Shown: positions 11,817 to 25,217, numbered from the stretch's first letter. The stretch: 64,000 bases of DNA from Nemertoderma westbladi (GCA_032718475.1 JAUCBJ010008627.1:22763-86762); one strand, 5' to 3'. Notes: generated by a model from the sequence alone, not told the origin. Numbers and translations: made by a program.

Positions 11817-14800
11817 ATCTACAGCCAAAACTACTCTAACGATTTTGATGAAATTTTCACAGCGGCTAGATACCGCGATTCTAAGGTCCCTGGTATGTTC
11901 CGCTATTTCGTCCATGAGCCGTGGGCTCGAAAAATAGACATAAACGAAAAAACGCCATAGGCGCAATGATAAAAACACCAGCTGGCACTCATGAAAAAAT
12001 GGATAGAGATGGCCTATAGTAATGCTATTCTATTGGAATGGCCACCTAACAAGGAAATGCTTTCTGTGCCAAGTATTATCCTCACTCTACAACTCAGACA
12101 GTAAGCAAACATAAGCTGTGGGCTTCTAATGTATTACATCATAAGCTGATTGCTCTCCCAATAGCCCTCACACACTCACTGAATCGAATGAAATCGAATA
12201 TCTATTAGCTTAATGCGAATAGCTGGTAAGCTGAATGCCATTTTAGTTATTGTGTACTGTTGTTGTAGAGTTGAAACTGCTATGTTGTATGTATTTAATT
12301 AAAATAATTTTCGTCGAGGGAAGTTAATTTGGGATTACTCTCTATCAGATGTAAGCAAAGCTGTTTAATGGGGTGGGTCATGGGACCCAAATATAGTACA
12401 TTATTCATGGCAAACATTATTAAAATCATTCAGTCAACCTGAAGTGTATTTGATTTAGTTAACTACTGTGCGAAAAGCGAATTTATAATGTTACCCATAC
12501 TTCAGGTAAATTAATTTGTAGATATTTTGTACTGAAGGCGAGGATTTCTGATATAATATAAATACAAAACAGGGGCTTGTTTCGATATAGGTAGTTGCGC
12601 CCTTCGAGCAGCACGTGAGTTAATCAAATATTAGACACAATGTTTGACTTTCTCACTTCGAGCAGCACGTGAGTTTGGCTTTGACCCTTCGATATATGTA
12701 TTTGCGCCCTTCGAGCAGCGCATGAGTTACATCAAATAATAGACACACTGTTTGACTTTGACCCTTCGAGCAGCACGTGAGTTTTGCTTTGTCCCTTGAT
12801 ATATGATGTTGCGCCCTTCGAGCAGCACATGAGTTACATCAAATAATAGACACACTGTTTGACTTTGTCCCTTGGAGCAGCACGTGAGTTTGGCTTTGAC
12901 CCTTCCAGCATCGTGTGTCAATCGAGCCGAATCATACCGATTGAGCCGAATAGAACCAATAGAGGTGATCAAGCCGAGTCGAGCCCAATCGAGCCGAACA
13001 GAGCCGAGTTGAGCCCAATCAAGCCGACTCAAGCCAGACTGAGCCGAGTCAAGCCCAATCGAGTCGAGTCGAGCCCAATAGAGCCGAGTCGAGCCCAATC
13101 AAGCCTAGTCGAGCCAAATTGAGCTGGACTGAGCCAAGTTGAGCCAAATCGAGCCAAGTCAAGCCCAATCAATCCCAATCGAGCCGAGTCGTGCGAATTG
13201 AGCCGAATCAAGCCCAATTGAGCTAAGCCGAGCCGGACCGAGCCAAGTCGAACCCAATCGAGCCGAATCAAGCTGAGTCGAGCTGAGTCGACTCAGACCG
13301 AGCCGAGCCGAGCCAAGCCGAGCCGAACCGAGCCGAGCCGAGCCGAGCCGAGCCGAGCCGAGCCGAGCCGAGCCGAGCCGAGCCGAGCCGAGCTGAGCCG
13401 AACCGAGCCGAGCCGTGCCGAGCCGAGCCGAGCCGAGCCGAGCCGAGCCGAGCCGAGCCGAGCCGAGCCGTGCCGAGCCGAGCAGAGCCGAGCCGAGCCG
13501 AGCCGAGCCGAGCTGAGCCGAACCGAGCCGAGCCGAGCCGTGCCGAGCCGAGCCGAGCCGAGCCGAGCCGAGCCGAGCCGAGCCGAGCCGAGCCGAGCCG
13601 AGCCGAGCCAAGCCAAGCTGTGCCGAGCCGAACCGAGCCGAACCGAGCCGTGCCGAGCTGAGCCGAGCCGAGCCGAGCCGTGCCGAGCCGAGCCGAGCCG
13701 AGCCGAGCCGAGCCGAGCCAAGCCCAGCTGAGCCGAACCGAGCCGAGCCGTGCCGATCTGAGCCGAGCCGAGCCGTGCCGAGCCGAGCCGAGCCGAGCCG
13801 AGCCGAGCCGAGCCGAGCCGAGCCGAGCCGAGCCGAGCCGAGCCGAGCCGAGCCGAGCCGAGCCGAGCCGAGCCGAGCCGAGCCGAGCTGTGCCGAGCCG
13901 AGCCAAGCCAAGCCAAGCCGAGCCGAGCCGAGCCGAGCCGAGCCGAGCCGAGCCGAGCCGAGCCGAGCCGAGCCGAGCCGAGCCGAGCCGAGCCGAGCCG
14001 AGCCGAACAGAGCCGAGTCGAGTCGAGCCGAGCCGAGCCGAGCCGAGCCGAGCAGAGCCGAGCCGAGCCGAGCCGAGCCGAGCCGAGCCGAGCCGAGCCG
14101 AGCCGAGCCGAGCCGAGCCGAGCCGAGCCGTGCCGAGCCGAGCCGAGCCGAGCCAAGCCGAGCCGAGCCGAGCCGAGCCGAGCCGAGCCGAGCCGAGCCG
14201 AGCCGAGCCGAGCCGAGCCGAGCCGAGCCGAGCCGAGCCGAGCCGAGCCGAGCCGAGCCGAGCCGAGCCGAGCCGAGCCGAGCCGAACAGAGCCGAGTCG
14301 AGTCGAGCCGAGCCGAGCCGAGCCGAGCCGAGCCGAGCAGAGCCGAGCCGAGCCGAGCCGAGCCGAGCCGAGCCGAGCCGAGCCGAGCCGAGCCGAGCCG
14401 AGCCGAGCCGAGCCGAGCCGAGCCGAGCCGAGCCGAGCCGAGCCGAGCCGAGCCGAGCCGAGCCGTGCCGAGCCGAGCCGAGCCGAGCCGAGCCGAGCCG
14501 AGCCGAGCCGAGCCCAGCCATGCCGAGCCGAGCAGAGCCGAGCCGAGCCGAGCCGAGCCAAGCCGAGCTGAGCCGAACTGAGCCGAGCCGAGCCGTGCCG
14601 AGCCGAGCCGAGCCGAGCCGAGCCGAGCCGAGCCGAGCCAAGCCAAGCTGTGCCGAGCCGAACCGAGCCGAACCGAGCCGTGCCGAGCTGAGCCGAGCCG
14701 AGCCGAGCCGAGCTCAGCCGAGCCGAGCCGAGCCGAGCTCAGCCGAGCCGAGCCGAGCCGAGCCTAATCGAGCCAAACTGAGCCGATCAAGCCAAGTCGA

Positions 14801-14901
14801 TCTAAATCGTGCCCAATCGTGCAAGACCGAGCCGAGCTCGTTGTCTCTTTTATTTGAAATAAAAAGTCGGTTCCTTATCGGGCCGCTAGGCCCGTCACTA
14901 G
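11748..14901 (+). mobile_element. Type-B HINE unit with CCCTTCGAGCAGCACGTGAG repeats and GAGCC satellite
   Basis: Same termini as type A but the body diverges after GGCGCAATGATAAAAACACC. Related copies at 19987-23709 and 26697-28650. Confidence 0.8.
13296..14762 (+). repeat. (GAGCC)n pentanucleotide satellite
   Basis: ~1.45 kb of AGCCG repeats with occasional TGCCG/AGCCA/AACCG variants; source of the spurious LGSAR/AEPSR ORFs. Confidence 0.97.
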
Positions 14902-16401
14902 TTAGGAACCGAGAGGTTCATTACTGTAAGAATTGCTCGAGACTGGCTGGCTGACTGACTGACTGACTAATCTACAGCCAAAACTACTCTAACGATTTTG
15001 ATGAAATTTTCACAGCGGCTAGATACCGCGATTCTAAGGTCCCTGGTATGTTCCGCTATTTCGTCCATGAGCCGTGGGCTCGAAAAATAGACATAAACGA
15101 AAAAACGCCATAGGCGCAATGGTAAAATAACACCCATGACAGCTGGTGTCGTGATGAAAAATGGCTTATGTAATGCATTTCTACAGAAGGCTTAGTAATA
15201 AATCGATGAGGTTGCCAAGATTATTATACTCAGTACACCCATACTGTTTGTATAGGCCACCACTCTCTGTCAAAGCAAACATTATGAACTGGCTGGTTTA
15301 GTTTGAAATCTAATATCGCCTCAGCTGAATTACTCTTCCCAATGCAATCTATGGGAATATCTCACTCTGCTAATGTAAGCTGAATGACTGTTACGTACAC
15401 AGTGAGTTGGCTACATTAATGCCAACATTATTGCAAGATGTTTTATTGTTGGATTACTCTCTGTCAGTCTCCCCTTCAGAACATTGTATAGGGAATTTAG
15501 TTTAGTTTACTCTACTGTGCCATTCAGCTGAATGGATTTGAGCAATTGCCAAGTTACAGAGTTGGATCATTCTCTGACCATAGGCAAAGACATCAAATCT
15601 TTTTAAAAATATACTTTTTCCATGTTTTTTTTTCTGACCAAAAATTTCAAAAAAAATTTTTTCGTAGCCAGTACTGCCAATCGATTCGCCATCAAAAATA
15701 ACGCAAAAATTTTTTTTTGCAAAATTTTAAATTACTGTAAATTTTTGGCGACTGGGGGGGGGGGTCAATTTTTTTCGATCCGCTATAACTCCGGAACGCT
15801 TTGTCCAAATTCGATGGGGTTTTCATTTTTCAACTTAATTCGATGTCCTCTTTCAGCCTATCCATGTTTCCAAACCCCAAACAGCGCCGTTCAAAATTTA
15901 ATTTTTTCTAGTTCTAGAATTTTACAAATTTCAAAAAAGTTGCAGTATTTTATTAACGCCTTTACGGAATTCGATAGCGTTTTCGATTTTTATATTAAAC
16001 GCAATATCCTGAATCTCACTAGCCTAGTTTCGCGTCACCAACGCCAAGACTTCATACTTTTTGAGGATAATTTTTCTAGAATAATTTTCATTTAATTACA
16101 TTTATCGCGATTTCTTATTACTGGTTGCACATGAATTGATGGAGTTTTCAATTTATTAACTAAACACGATATCGCGCATCGCACCAGCGTGGTTTCGAAA
16201 TTCCAAAACGAGGTCTTCACTAGTTGCAGGTCGATTTTGTTCTAGAATTGAGCAACTAATAATAGATCGAATTTATTAATAATTATTGTATGAAATATGA
16301 TTGTATTTTTACATAATTATTAGTTCTATACTAATTCTCGTTGTCTCTTTTATTTAAAATAAAAAGTCGGTTCCTTATCGGGCCGCTAGGCCCGTCACTA
16401 G
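14902..16401 (+). mobile_element. Representative type-A HINE unit (1.5 kb, AT-rich body)
   Basis: Complete from TTAGGAACCGA to GGCCCGTCACTAG. Near-identical copies start at 10230, 16402 and 25218, with variants at 7069, 8465, 17902 and 28651. Confidence 0.85.
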
Positions 16402-19400
16402 TTAGGAACCGAGAGGTTCATTACTGTAAGAATTGCTCGAGACTGGCTGGCTGGCTGGCTGACTGACTGACTGACTGATCTACAGCCAAAACTACTCTAA
16501 CGATTTTGATGAAATTTTCACAGCGGCTAGATACCGCGATTCTAAGGTCCCTTGTATGTTCCGCTATTTCGTCCATGAGCCGTGGGCTCGAAAAATAGAC
16601 ATAAACGAAAAAACGCCATAGGCACAATGGTAAAATAACACCCATGACAGCTGGTGTCGTGATGAAAAATGGCTTATGTAATGCATTTCTACAGAAGGCT
16701 TAGTAATAAATCGATGAGGTTGCCAAGATTATTATACTCAGTACACCCATACTGTTTGTATAGGCCACCACTCTCTGTCAAAGCAAACATTATGAACTGG
16801 TTGGTTTAGTTTGAAATCTAATATCGCCTCAGCTGAATTACTCTTCCCAATGCAATCTATGGTAATATCTCACTCTGCTAATGTAAGCTGAATGACTGTT
16901 AAGTACAGTGTGTTGGCTACATTAATGCCAACATTATTGCAAAATGTTTTATTGTTGGATTACTCTCTTCAGTCACCCCTTCAGAACATTGTATAGGGAA
17001 TTTACTTTAGTTTACTCTACTGTGCCATTCAGCTGAATGGATTTGAGCGATTGCCAAGTTACAGAGTTGGATCATTCTCTGACCATAGGCAAAGACATCA
17101 AATCTTTTTAAAAATATACTTTTTCCATGTTTTTTTTCTGACCAAAAATTTCAAAAAAAATTTTTCGTAGCCAGTACTGCCAATCGATTCGCCATCAAAA
17201 ATAACGCAAAAAATTTTTTTTGCAAAATTTTAAATTACTGTAAATTTTTGGCGACTGGGGGGGGTCAATTTTTTTCGATCCGCTATAACTCCGGAACGCT
17301 TTGTCTAAATTCGATGGGGTTTTCATTTTTCAACTTAATTAGATGTCCTCTTTCAGCCTATCCATGTTTCCAAACCCCAAACAGCGCCGTTCAAAAAATA
17401 TTTTTTTCCAGTTCTAGAATTTTACAAATTTCAAAAAAGTTTCAGTATTTTATTAACGCCTTTACGGAATTCGATAGCGTTTTCGATTTTTATATTAAAC
17501 GCAATATCCTGAATCTCACTAGCCTAGTTTCGCGTCACCAACGCCAAGACTTCATACTTTTTGAGGAAAATTTTTCTAGAATAATTTTTATTTAATTACA
17601 TTTATCGCGATTTCTTATTACTGGTTGCACATGAATTGATGGAGTTTTCAATTTATTAACTAAACACGATATCGCGCATCGCACCAGCGTGGTTTCGAAA
17701 TTCCAAAACGAGGTCTTCACTAGTTGCAGGTCGATTTTGTTTTAGAATTGAGTAACTAATAATAGATCGAATTTATTAATAATTATTGTATGAAATATGA
17801 TTGTATTTTTACATAATTATTAGTTCTATAATAATTCTCGTTGTCTCTTTTATTTGAAATAAAAAGTCGGTTCCTTATCGGGCCGCTAGGCCCGTCACTA
17901 GTTAGGAACCGAGAGGTTCATTACTGTAAGAATTGTTGGCTGATTGATTGACTGGCTGGCTGGCTAATCTATAGCCAAAACTACTCTAACGATTTTGATG
18001 AAATTTTCACAGCGGCTGGATACCGCGATTCTAAGGTCCCTGATATGTTCCGCTATTTCGTCCATGAGCCGTGGGCTCGAAAAATAGACATAAACGAAAA
18101 AACGCCATAGGCGCAATGGTAAAATATCACCAATAACAGCTGGTGTCGTGATGAAAAATGGCTTACGTAATGGATTTCTACACAAGGCTTAGTATAAATC
18201 GATGAGGTTGCCAAGATTATTCACTTAGTACACCAATACTGTTTGTTTAGGCCTTAGGACACTCTGTTAACTGGTTGGTTTAGTTTGAAATCTATTATTG
18301 CCTCAGCTGAATTACTCTTCCCAATGCGCACTCTATGGGAATATCTCCCTCTGCTAATGTAAGCTGAATGACTTAAGTACACAGTGAGTTGGCTACATTA
18401 ATGTCAACATTTTTGCAAAATGTTTTATTGTTGGACTCTCTGTCAGTCTCCCCTTCAGAACATTGTATAGGGAATATACTTTAGTTTACTCTACTGTGCC
18501 ATTCAGCTGAATGGATTTGAGCGATTGCCAAGTAACAGAGTTGGATCATTCTCTGACCATAGGCAAAGACAGCAAATCTTTTTAAAAAGATACTTTTTCC
18601 ATGTTTTTTTTCTGACCAAAAATTTCAAAAAGATTTTTTCATAGCCAGTACTGTCAATCGATTTGCCATCAAAAATAACGCAAAAAATTTTTTTTGCAAA
18701 ATTTTAAATTACTGTAAATTTTTGGCGACTGGGGGGGGTCAATTTTTTTCGATCCGCTATAACTCCGGAACGCTTTGTCCAAATTCGATGGGGTTTTTAT
18801 TTTTCAACTTAATTCGATGTCCTCTTTCAGCCTATCCATGTTTCGAAACCCCAAACAGCGCCGTTCAAAAATTAATTTTTTCTAGTTCTAGAATTTTACA
18901 AATTTCAAAAAAGTTGCAGTATTTTATTAACGCCTTTACGGAATTCGATAGCGTTTTCGATTTTTATATTAAACGCAATATCCTGAATCTCACTAGCCTA
19001 GTTTCGCGTCACCAATGCCAAGACTTCATACTTTTTGAGGAACATTTTTCTAGAATAATTTATTAATAATTATTGTATGAAATATACTTTAGTTTACTCT
19101 ACTGTGCCATTCAGCTGAATGGATTTGAGCGATTGCCAAGTACAGAGTTGGATCATTCTCTGACCATAGGCAAAGACATCAAATCTTTTTAAAAATATAC
19201 TTTTTCGATGTTTTTTTTTCTGACCAAAAATTAAAAAAAAAATTTTTCGTAGCCAGTACTGCCAATCGATTCGCCATCAAAAATAACGCAAAAAATTTTT
19301 TTTACAAAATTTTAAATTACTGTAAATTTTTGGCGACTGGGGGGGGTCAATTTTTTTCGATCCGCTATAACTCCGGAACGCTTTGTCCAAATTCGATGGG

Positions 19401-20620
19401 GTTTTCATTTTTCAACTTAATTCGATGTCCTCTTTCAGCCTATCCATGTTTCGAAACCCCAAACAGCGCCGTCCAAAAATTATTTTTTTCTAGTTCTAGA
19501 ATTTTACAAATTTCAAAAAAGTTGCAGTATTTTATTAACGCCTTTACGGAATTCGATAGCGTTTTCGATTTTTATATTAAACGCAATATCCTGAATCTCA
19601 CTAGCCTAGTTTCGCGTCACCAATGCCAAGATTTCATATTTTTTGAGGAAAATTTTTCTAGAATAATTTTTATTTAATTACATTTATAGCGATTTCTTAT
19701 TACTGATTGCACATGAATTGATGGAGTTTTCAATTTATTAACTAAACACGATATCGCGCATCGCACCAGCGTGGTTTCGAAATTCTAAAACGAGGTCTTC
19801 ACTAGTTGCAGGTCGATTTTGTTCTAGAATTGAGAAACTAATAATAGATCGAATTTATTAATAATTATTGTATGAAATATGATTGTATTTTTAGATAATT
19901 ATTAGTTCTATACTAATTCTCGGTGTCTCTTTTATTTAATAAAATAAAAAGTCGGTTCCTTATCGGGCCGCTAGGCCCGTCACTAGTTAGGAACCGAGAG
20001 GTTCATTACTGTAAGAATTGCTCGAGACTGGCTGGCTGACTGACTGACTGACTGACTGACTGACTGATCTACAGCCAAAACTACTCTAACGATTTTGATG
20101 AAATTTTCACGGCGGCTAGATACGGCGATTCTAAGGTCCCTTGTATGTTCCGCTATTTCGTCCATGAGCCATGGGCTCGAAAAATAGACGTAAACGAAAA
20201 AACGCCATAGGCGCAATGATAAAAACACCAGCTGGCACTCATGAAAAATGGATAGAGATAGCCTAGTAATACTATTCTATAGGAATGGCCACCTAACAAG
20301 GAAATGCTTTCTTTGCCAAGTATTATCCTCACTCTACAACTCAGACAGTAAGCAAACAAAAGCCGTGGGATTCTAATGTATTACATCATAAGCTGATTGC
20401 TCTCCCAATAGCCCTCACACACTCACTGAATCGAATGAAATCGTATATCTATTAGCTTAATGCGAATAGCTGGTAAGCTGAATGCCATTTTAGTTATTGT
20501 GTACTGTTGATTGCAGAGTTGACTGCTATGTTGTATGTATTTAATTAAAATAATTTTCGTAGAGGGAAGTTAATTTGGGATTACTTTCTATCAGATGTAA
20601 GCAAAGCTGTTCAATGGGGT

Positions 20621-22610
20621 AGTATATATGTTTATTGACGTATTTTTTCCAAGAAATAATTTTACGGCACAGAATAACTAATTCAAATTGAAATTGAAAT
20701 TATACAGACCAACCATTTACAAATAAACAATTACGGCAATAAAAAATATCGTCCAATTATTATGACTTCAAATACAAACAATTTAATCCTAATTAATATA
20801 ATCTAAACTAATATAATCTTACCTAATTTAATTAATCCATACTATCTAAAACACGCTCTATATACTTACACATTACATACAATTCCTTACTCTGAAAAAA
20901 TTCCGGTAATGATGAAAAAATAAGATTGGTGTGAAAATAGGGGGTAACACGAAACGGTTTGGAAATGGGACAATGAAGGAGAACGTGTGTCTCTGTCTGC
21001 ACCGATTGGTTATCACAGCGGCACACACGGTTCTCTCTCGGCAGCCTTGACCACCTTCCAGTCTCAATTTTCAAATTATGGGACATAACTCTCAATCGAG
21101 TAAAATAAATACGTAAGTAATCCGGCACAAAAGGTCTCAGACATGTATATATTGGATGCGGAACTAAAGCAATGTTAAACTGACTACGGTAGGTTACAAA
21201 CTTTGTAGCTGACAAAGGTTTAGACATAATTCTACTTCGTATCTCATCCAGTGGATTGATGTTATCTGCAAAATGTTGTGCCTCAGTTAGCATTCGGAAA
21301 CCTGGTGTATTCGCGCTTCGGCATAGATTAAACACTTTGTGAAAAGGTAACTCTTTATCTACTACTTTAAACATTCTACTCATAAAACGTTTCCTCGCTC
21401 GCATAATTAAATACTTCAATGTGGGAGTACCAATTTCTATTAAGCAAACATCTGTAGGTGTCTGGGACCTAACACCAAGTAAACTTTTCACCATTCTGTA
21501 ATAGTATTTCTCTATTTGTACAGTATTTTTTGATAACCAAGCTTCACATCCGTAAATCAGGCCGGACAATACAGCAGCGTCAAATACACGTTTCTTAATA
21601 ACAAACGGCAAACTGGTATTTGCACTCGCAAAAATACTAAATTTATTTACCGTTGCCTCGCACTTTAACTGATGCAAATTAATTGTACTATGCACACTAC
21701 CATCTGAACAGAAAGGTACACCCAGATATATATAACTATTACAATAGTTAACAACAAGGTTATTAATAACAAAGGGCATTTTATCACTAGCCTTGGCATT
21801 GATGACGAAGAACTTAGTTTTTTTCTCATTAATTTCCATACCTGACTCCTTGCAGTAGTCAAGTAAAGCATTTAATTTCAACAATGCACAATGCCGGGTA
21901 GTAGATAAAATTACCGTGTCATCCATTAGCAGTAATATTTGGACTACACCTAAAAACCCATCACTGCTCACGGCAGAGCGAATCATATGCACCAATTTAT
22001 CTATATATATACAGAACAGTACAACACTAGATGGCGTACCTTGACGGACACCAATAACAGTAATCAAAACAGCCGATTTTAATACATGCTTAGTACACTT
22101 ATATATTGCTTGTATGGCTAATAACATAACCCTCCCGCAACCTAGTGATCTTAAACAATTTAATAAACCATGCCGCGGAACTCGGTCGTAAGCCTTTTTA
22201 AAATCAACAAATACTACAAACAATTGTTGTTTATTAAACAAAGCATAGTCTATAAGTAGGCGCAGCGACATTATTTGCTCTAAACACCCCCGCTTTGGCT
22301 GCCCTCCAGCCTGACATTTATCAATCGTACACCATTTCGTTAACCTATTCGTAAGTAACAAATCATACACTTTGGCAAGTGTCGTAATTATAGAGATTCC
22401 TCTATAATTACCACACATTTTACGATCCCCCGACTTAAATAAAACAACTAACTTACTAATTCCCCATGCGATAGGATACCAAGATCTGCTAAACAGAATA
22501 TTAAATAATGACAGAAAAAACAATAACCAAGACGCTGGTAATGCTGTGAAAATACCCGGGTCGACTCCAATATAACCTTTCCCTGTTTTTAGGTCTGCCA
22601 TCGCTTCAGC
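20621..22610 (-). mobile_element. 5'-truncated LINE (RTEX-like) inserted into a type-B HINE
   Basis: HINE sequence stops at ...AATGGGGT (20620) and resumes at TAGTACATTATG (22611). The insert holds an RT ORF and an AT-rich 3' UTR with AATAAA near its end. Confidence 0.8.
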
Positions 22611-22646
22611 TAGTACATTATGCATGGCAAACATTAATAAAATCAT
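20832..22646 (-). CDS. LINE ORF2 fragment: reverse transcriptase plus C-terminal zinc-finger-like domain (604 aa)
   Basis: Motifs NYRGISI, QAG, FVDFKKAYDRV, GVRQG, LLMDD, YIYLG and RLRVMSHNLKIETGRW...RVCRC...ETHVLLHCP. The first ~12 codons derive from flanking HINE DNA. Confidence 0.85.
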   Translation of the reverse strand: MILLMFAMHNVLAEAMADLKTGKGYIGVDPGIFTALPASWLLFFLSLFNILFSRSWYPIAWGISKLVVLFKSGDRKMCGNYRGISIITTLAKVYDLLLTNRLTKWCTIDKCQAGGQPKRGCLEQIMSLRLLIDYALFNKQQLFVVFVDFKKAYDRVPRHGLLNCLRSLGCGRVMLLAIQAIYKCTKHVLKSAVLITVIGVRQGTPSSVVLFCIYIDKLVHMIRSAVSSDGFLGVVQILLLMDDTVILSTTRHCALLKLNALLDYCKESGMEINEKKTKFFVINAKASDKMPFVINNLVVNYCNSYIYLGVPFCSDGSVHSTINLHQLKCEATVNKFSIFASANTSLPFVIKKRVFDAAVLSGLIYGCEAWLSKNTVQIEKYYYRMVKSLLGVRSQTPTDVCLIEIGTPTLKYLIMRARKRFMSRMFKVVDKELPFHKVFNLCRSANTPGFRMLTEAQHFADNINPLDEIRSRIMSKPLSATKFVTYRSQFNIALVPHPIYTCLRPFVPDYLRIYFTRLRVMSHNLKIETGRWSRLPRENRVCRCDNQSVQTETHVLLHCPISKPFRVTPYFHTNLIFSSLPEFFQSKELYVMCKYIERVLDSMD

Positions 22647-23063
22647 TCAGTCAACCTGGACGGTATTTGCTTAGTTAACTCTACTGTGCGAAAAACGAAT
22701 TTATAATGTTACCCATACTTCAGGTGAATGAATTTTTAGATATTTGTACTGAAGGCAAGGATTTCTGATATAATTAAAATACAAGACAGGGGCTTGTTTC
22801 GATATATGTAGTTGCGCCCTTCTAGCAGCACGTGAGATAATCAAATAATAGACACAATGTTTGACTTTGTCCCTTCGAGCAGCACGTGAGTTTTGCTTTG
22901 ACCCTTCGATATATATGTATTTGCGCCCTTCGAGCAGCACGTGAATTACATCAAATAATAGACACATTGTTTGACTTTGTCCCTTCGAGCAGCACGTGAG
23001 TTTTGCTTTGACCCTTCGATATATGTATTTGCGCCCTTCGAGCAGCACGGGGAGTCGACTCAG

Positions 23064-23572
23064 ACCGAGCCGAGCCGAGCCGAGCCGAGCCAAGCCAAGC
23101 CAAGCCGAGCCGAGCCGAGCCGAGCCGAGCCGAGCCGAGCCGAGCCGAGCCGAGCCGAGCCGAGCCGAGCCGAGCCGAGCCGAGCCGAGCCGAGCCGAGC
23201 CGAGCCGAGCCGAGCCGAGCCGAGCCGAGCCGAGCCGAGCCGAGCCGAGCCGAGCCGAGCCGAGCCGAGCCGAGCCGAGCCAAACCGAACCGAGCCGAGC
23301 AAAACCGAACCGAGCCGAGCAAAAACCGAGCCGAGCCGAGCCGAGCCGAGCCGAGCCGAACCGAGCCGAGCCGAGCCGAGCCGAGCCGAGCCGAGCCGAG
23401 CCGAGCCGAGCCGAGCCGAGCCGAGCCGAGCCGAGCCGAGCCGAGCCGAGCCGAGCCGAGCCGAGCCGAGCCGAGCCGAGCCGAGCCGAGCCGAGCCGAG
23501 CCGAGCCGAGCCGAGCCGAGCCGAGCCGAGCCGAGCCGAGCCGAGCCGAGCCGAGCTGAGCCGAGCCGAGCC
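23064..23572 (+). repeat. (GAGCC)n satellite, second pure tract
   Basis: ~500 bp of nearly pure GAGCC in the unit that starts at 19987. Confidence 0.97.
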
Positions 23573-23709
23573 TAATTGAGCCAAACCGAGCCGATCAAGC
23601 CAAGTCGAACTTAATCGTGCCCAATCGTGCAAGACCGAGCCGAGCTCGTTGTCTCTTTTATTTGAAATAAAAAGTCGGTTCCTTATCGGGCCGCTAGGCC
23701 CGTCACTAG

Positions 23710-25217
23710 TTAGCAAGTCGTTAGACTTGATTACTGTAAGAATTGTTGACTGACTGACTGGCTGGCTGGCTGGCTGACTGGCTGGCTGGCTGGCTGGCTG
23801 ATCTACAGCCAAAACTACTCTAACGATTTTGATGAAATTTTCACAGCATCAAGATACCGCGATTCTAAGGTCCCTGGCATGATCGGCTACTCCGTCCATA
23901 GCCTCTGGGCTCGAAAAATAGAGATAAACGAAAAAACGCCATAGGCGCAATGGTAAAATAACACCAATGACAGCTGGTGTCCTGATGAAAAATGGCTTAT
24001 GTAATGCATTTCTACACAAGGCTTAGTAATAAATCGATGAGGTTGCCAAGATTATTATACTTAGTACACCCATACTGTTTGTTTAGGCCCTAGGACACTC
24101 TGTCAAAGCAAATATTAACTGGTTGATTTAGTTTGTGGTTCTACACAGGCTTAGTATAAATCGGTGAGGCTGCCAACTGGTTGGTTTAGTTTGCAATCTA
24201 TTACCGCCTCAGCTGAATAACTCTTCCCCCTGCTGAATGACTGTTAGGTACAGGTTATTGGCTACATTAATGCCAACATTAATACAGTGGAAGCTGTATG
24301 CTTATAAGGTGGAATGTTTACTCAGCCTTATACTGATACTCTGTAAGGTTAAGACTAACATTATAGTTTGAAATATAAAAATCACTTATTATTATCTGTA
24401 TTGGGTTAATAATCACTGTGGCATTCAAAATGTTTTATAGGTGATTGACATTTAGTGCAAGCTGAATGACTGTTAGTTACAGAGTACTACAGTACTGCAC
24501 TCTTATTTTATTTTTAAATCTTTCGTCCAACATTAATACTTTGGAGGTTGTATGCTTATAAGGCGAATGTTTACTCAGCTTCATACTGATACACTGTAAG
24601 GCTAACACTAACGTTATAGTTTAACACATAAAAATCACTGCTTATTATCTGTATCAGGTTACATACTGTGGCATTCAAAATGTTTAAATGTTTTATAGGT
24701 GATTGATATTTAGTGCAAGCTGAATGACTGTAGGTTACAGAGTACTATTGCACTGTATTTTATTTTTAAATCTTTTGGCCAACATTAATACTGTGGAGGC
24801 TGTATGCTTATAAGGCGGAATGTTTACTCAGCCTCATACTGATACTCTGTAAGGCTTACACTAACATTATTGTTTGAAATATAAAAATAACTGCTTATTA
24901 TCTGTATTGGGTTAATCACTGTGGCATTCAAAATGTTTTGTTAGGTGAATGACATTTAGTGGCTAAGATTATTCTCTGTCAGATTCCCTTCACACCATAG
25001 GCAAACATTGTTGAGGCTGAGGGAATTTACTTTAGTTTACTCTACTGAGTCATTCAGCTGAATGGATTTGAGCAATTGCCAAATTACAGAGTGGGATCTC
25101 TCTCTGACCATAGATAAATAACACTTCCCTTCTGAACAAAGGTAAACATTGTTGAGGGAACTTACCTTTGATTGACGACTTCCGACTTGCTTAACGGCGT
25201 CTTGACGCCGTCTCTAG
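23710..25217 (+). mobile_element. Type-C HINE unit with a different subTIR pair and ~250-bp internal tandem repeats
   Basis: 5' TTAGCAAGTCG-TTA-GACTTG; 3' CGACTTGCT + hairpin ACGGCGTC-TT-GACGCCGT + CTAG. A CAACATTAATAC...TATGCTTATAAGG block recurs near 24273, 24528 and 24780. Confidence 0.8.

Noticed and set aside
12595-12905. CRISPR-like look of 20-bp repeats with spacers (also 50680-50932)
   Set aside because: Spacers are themselves repeated, the context is eukaryotic, and there are no cas genes.
12727-14954. Long LGSAR/AEPSR ORFs (also near 23 kb, 28 kb and 30.5 kb)
   Set aside because: Stop-free translations of (GAGCC)n in all frames on both strands; not genes.
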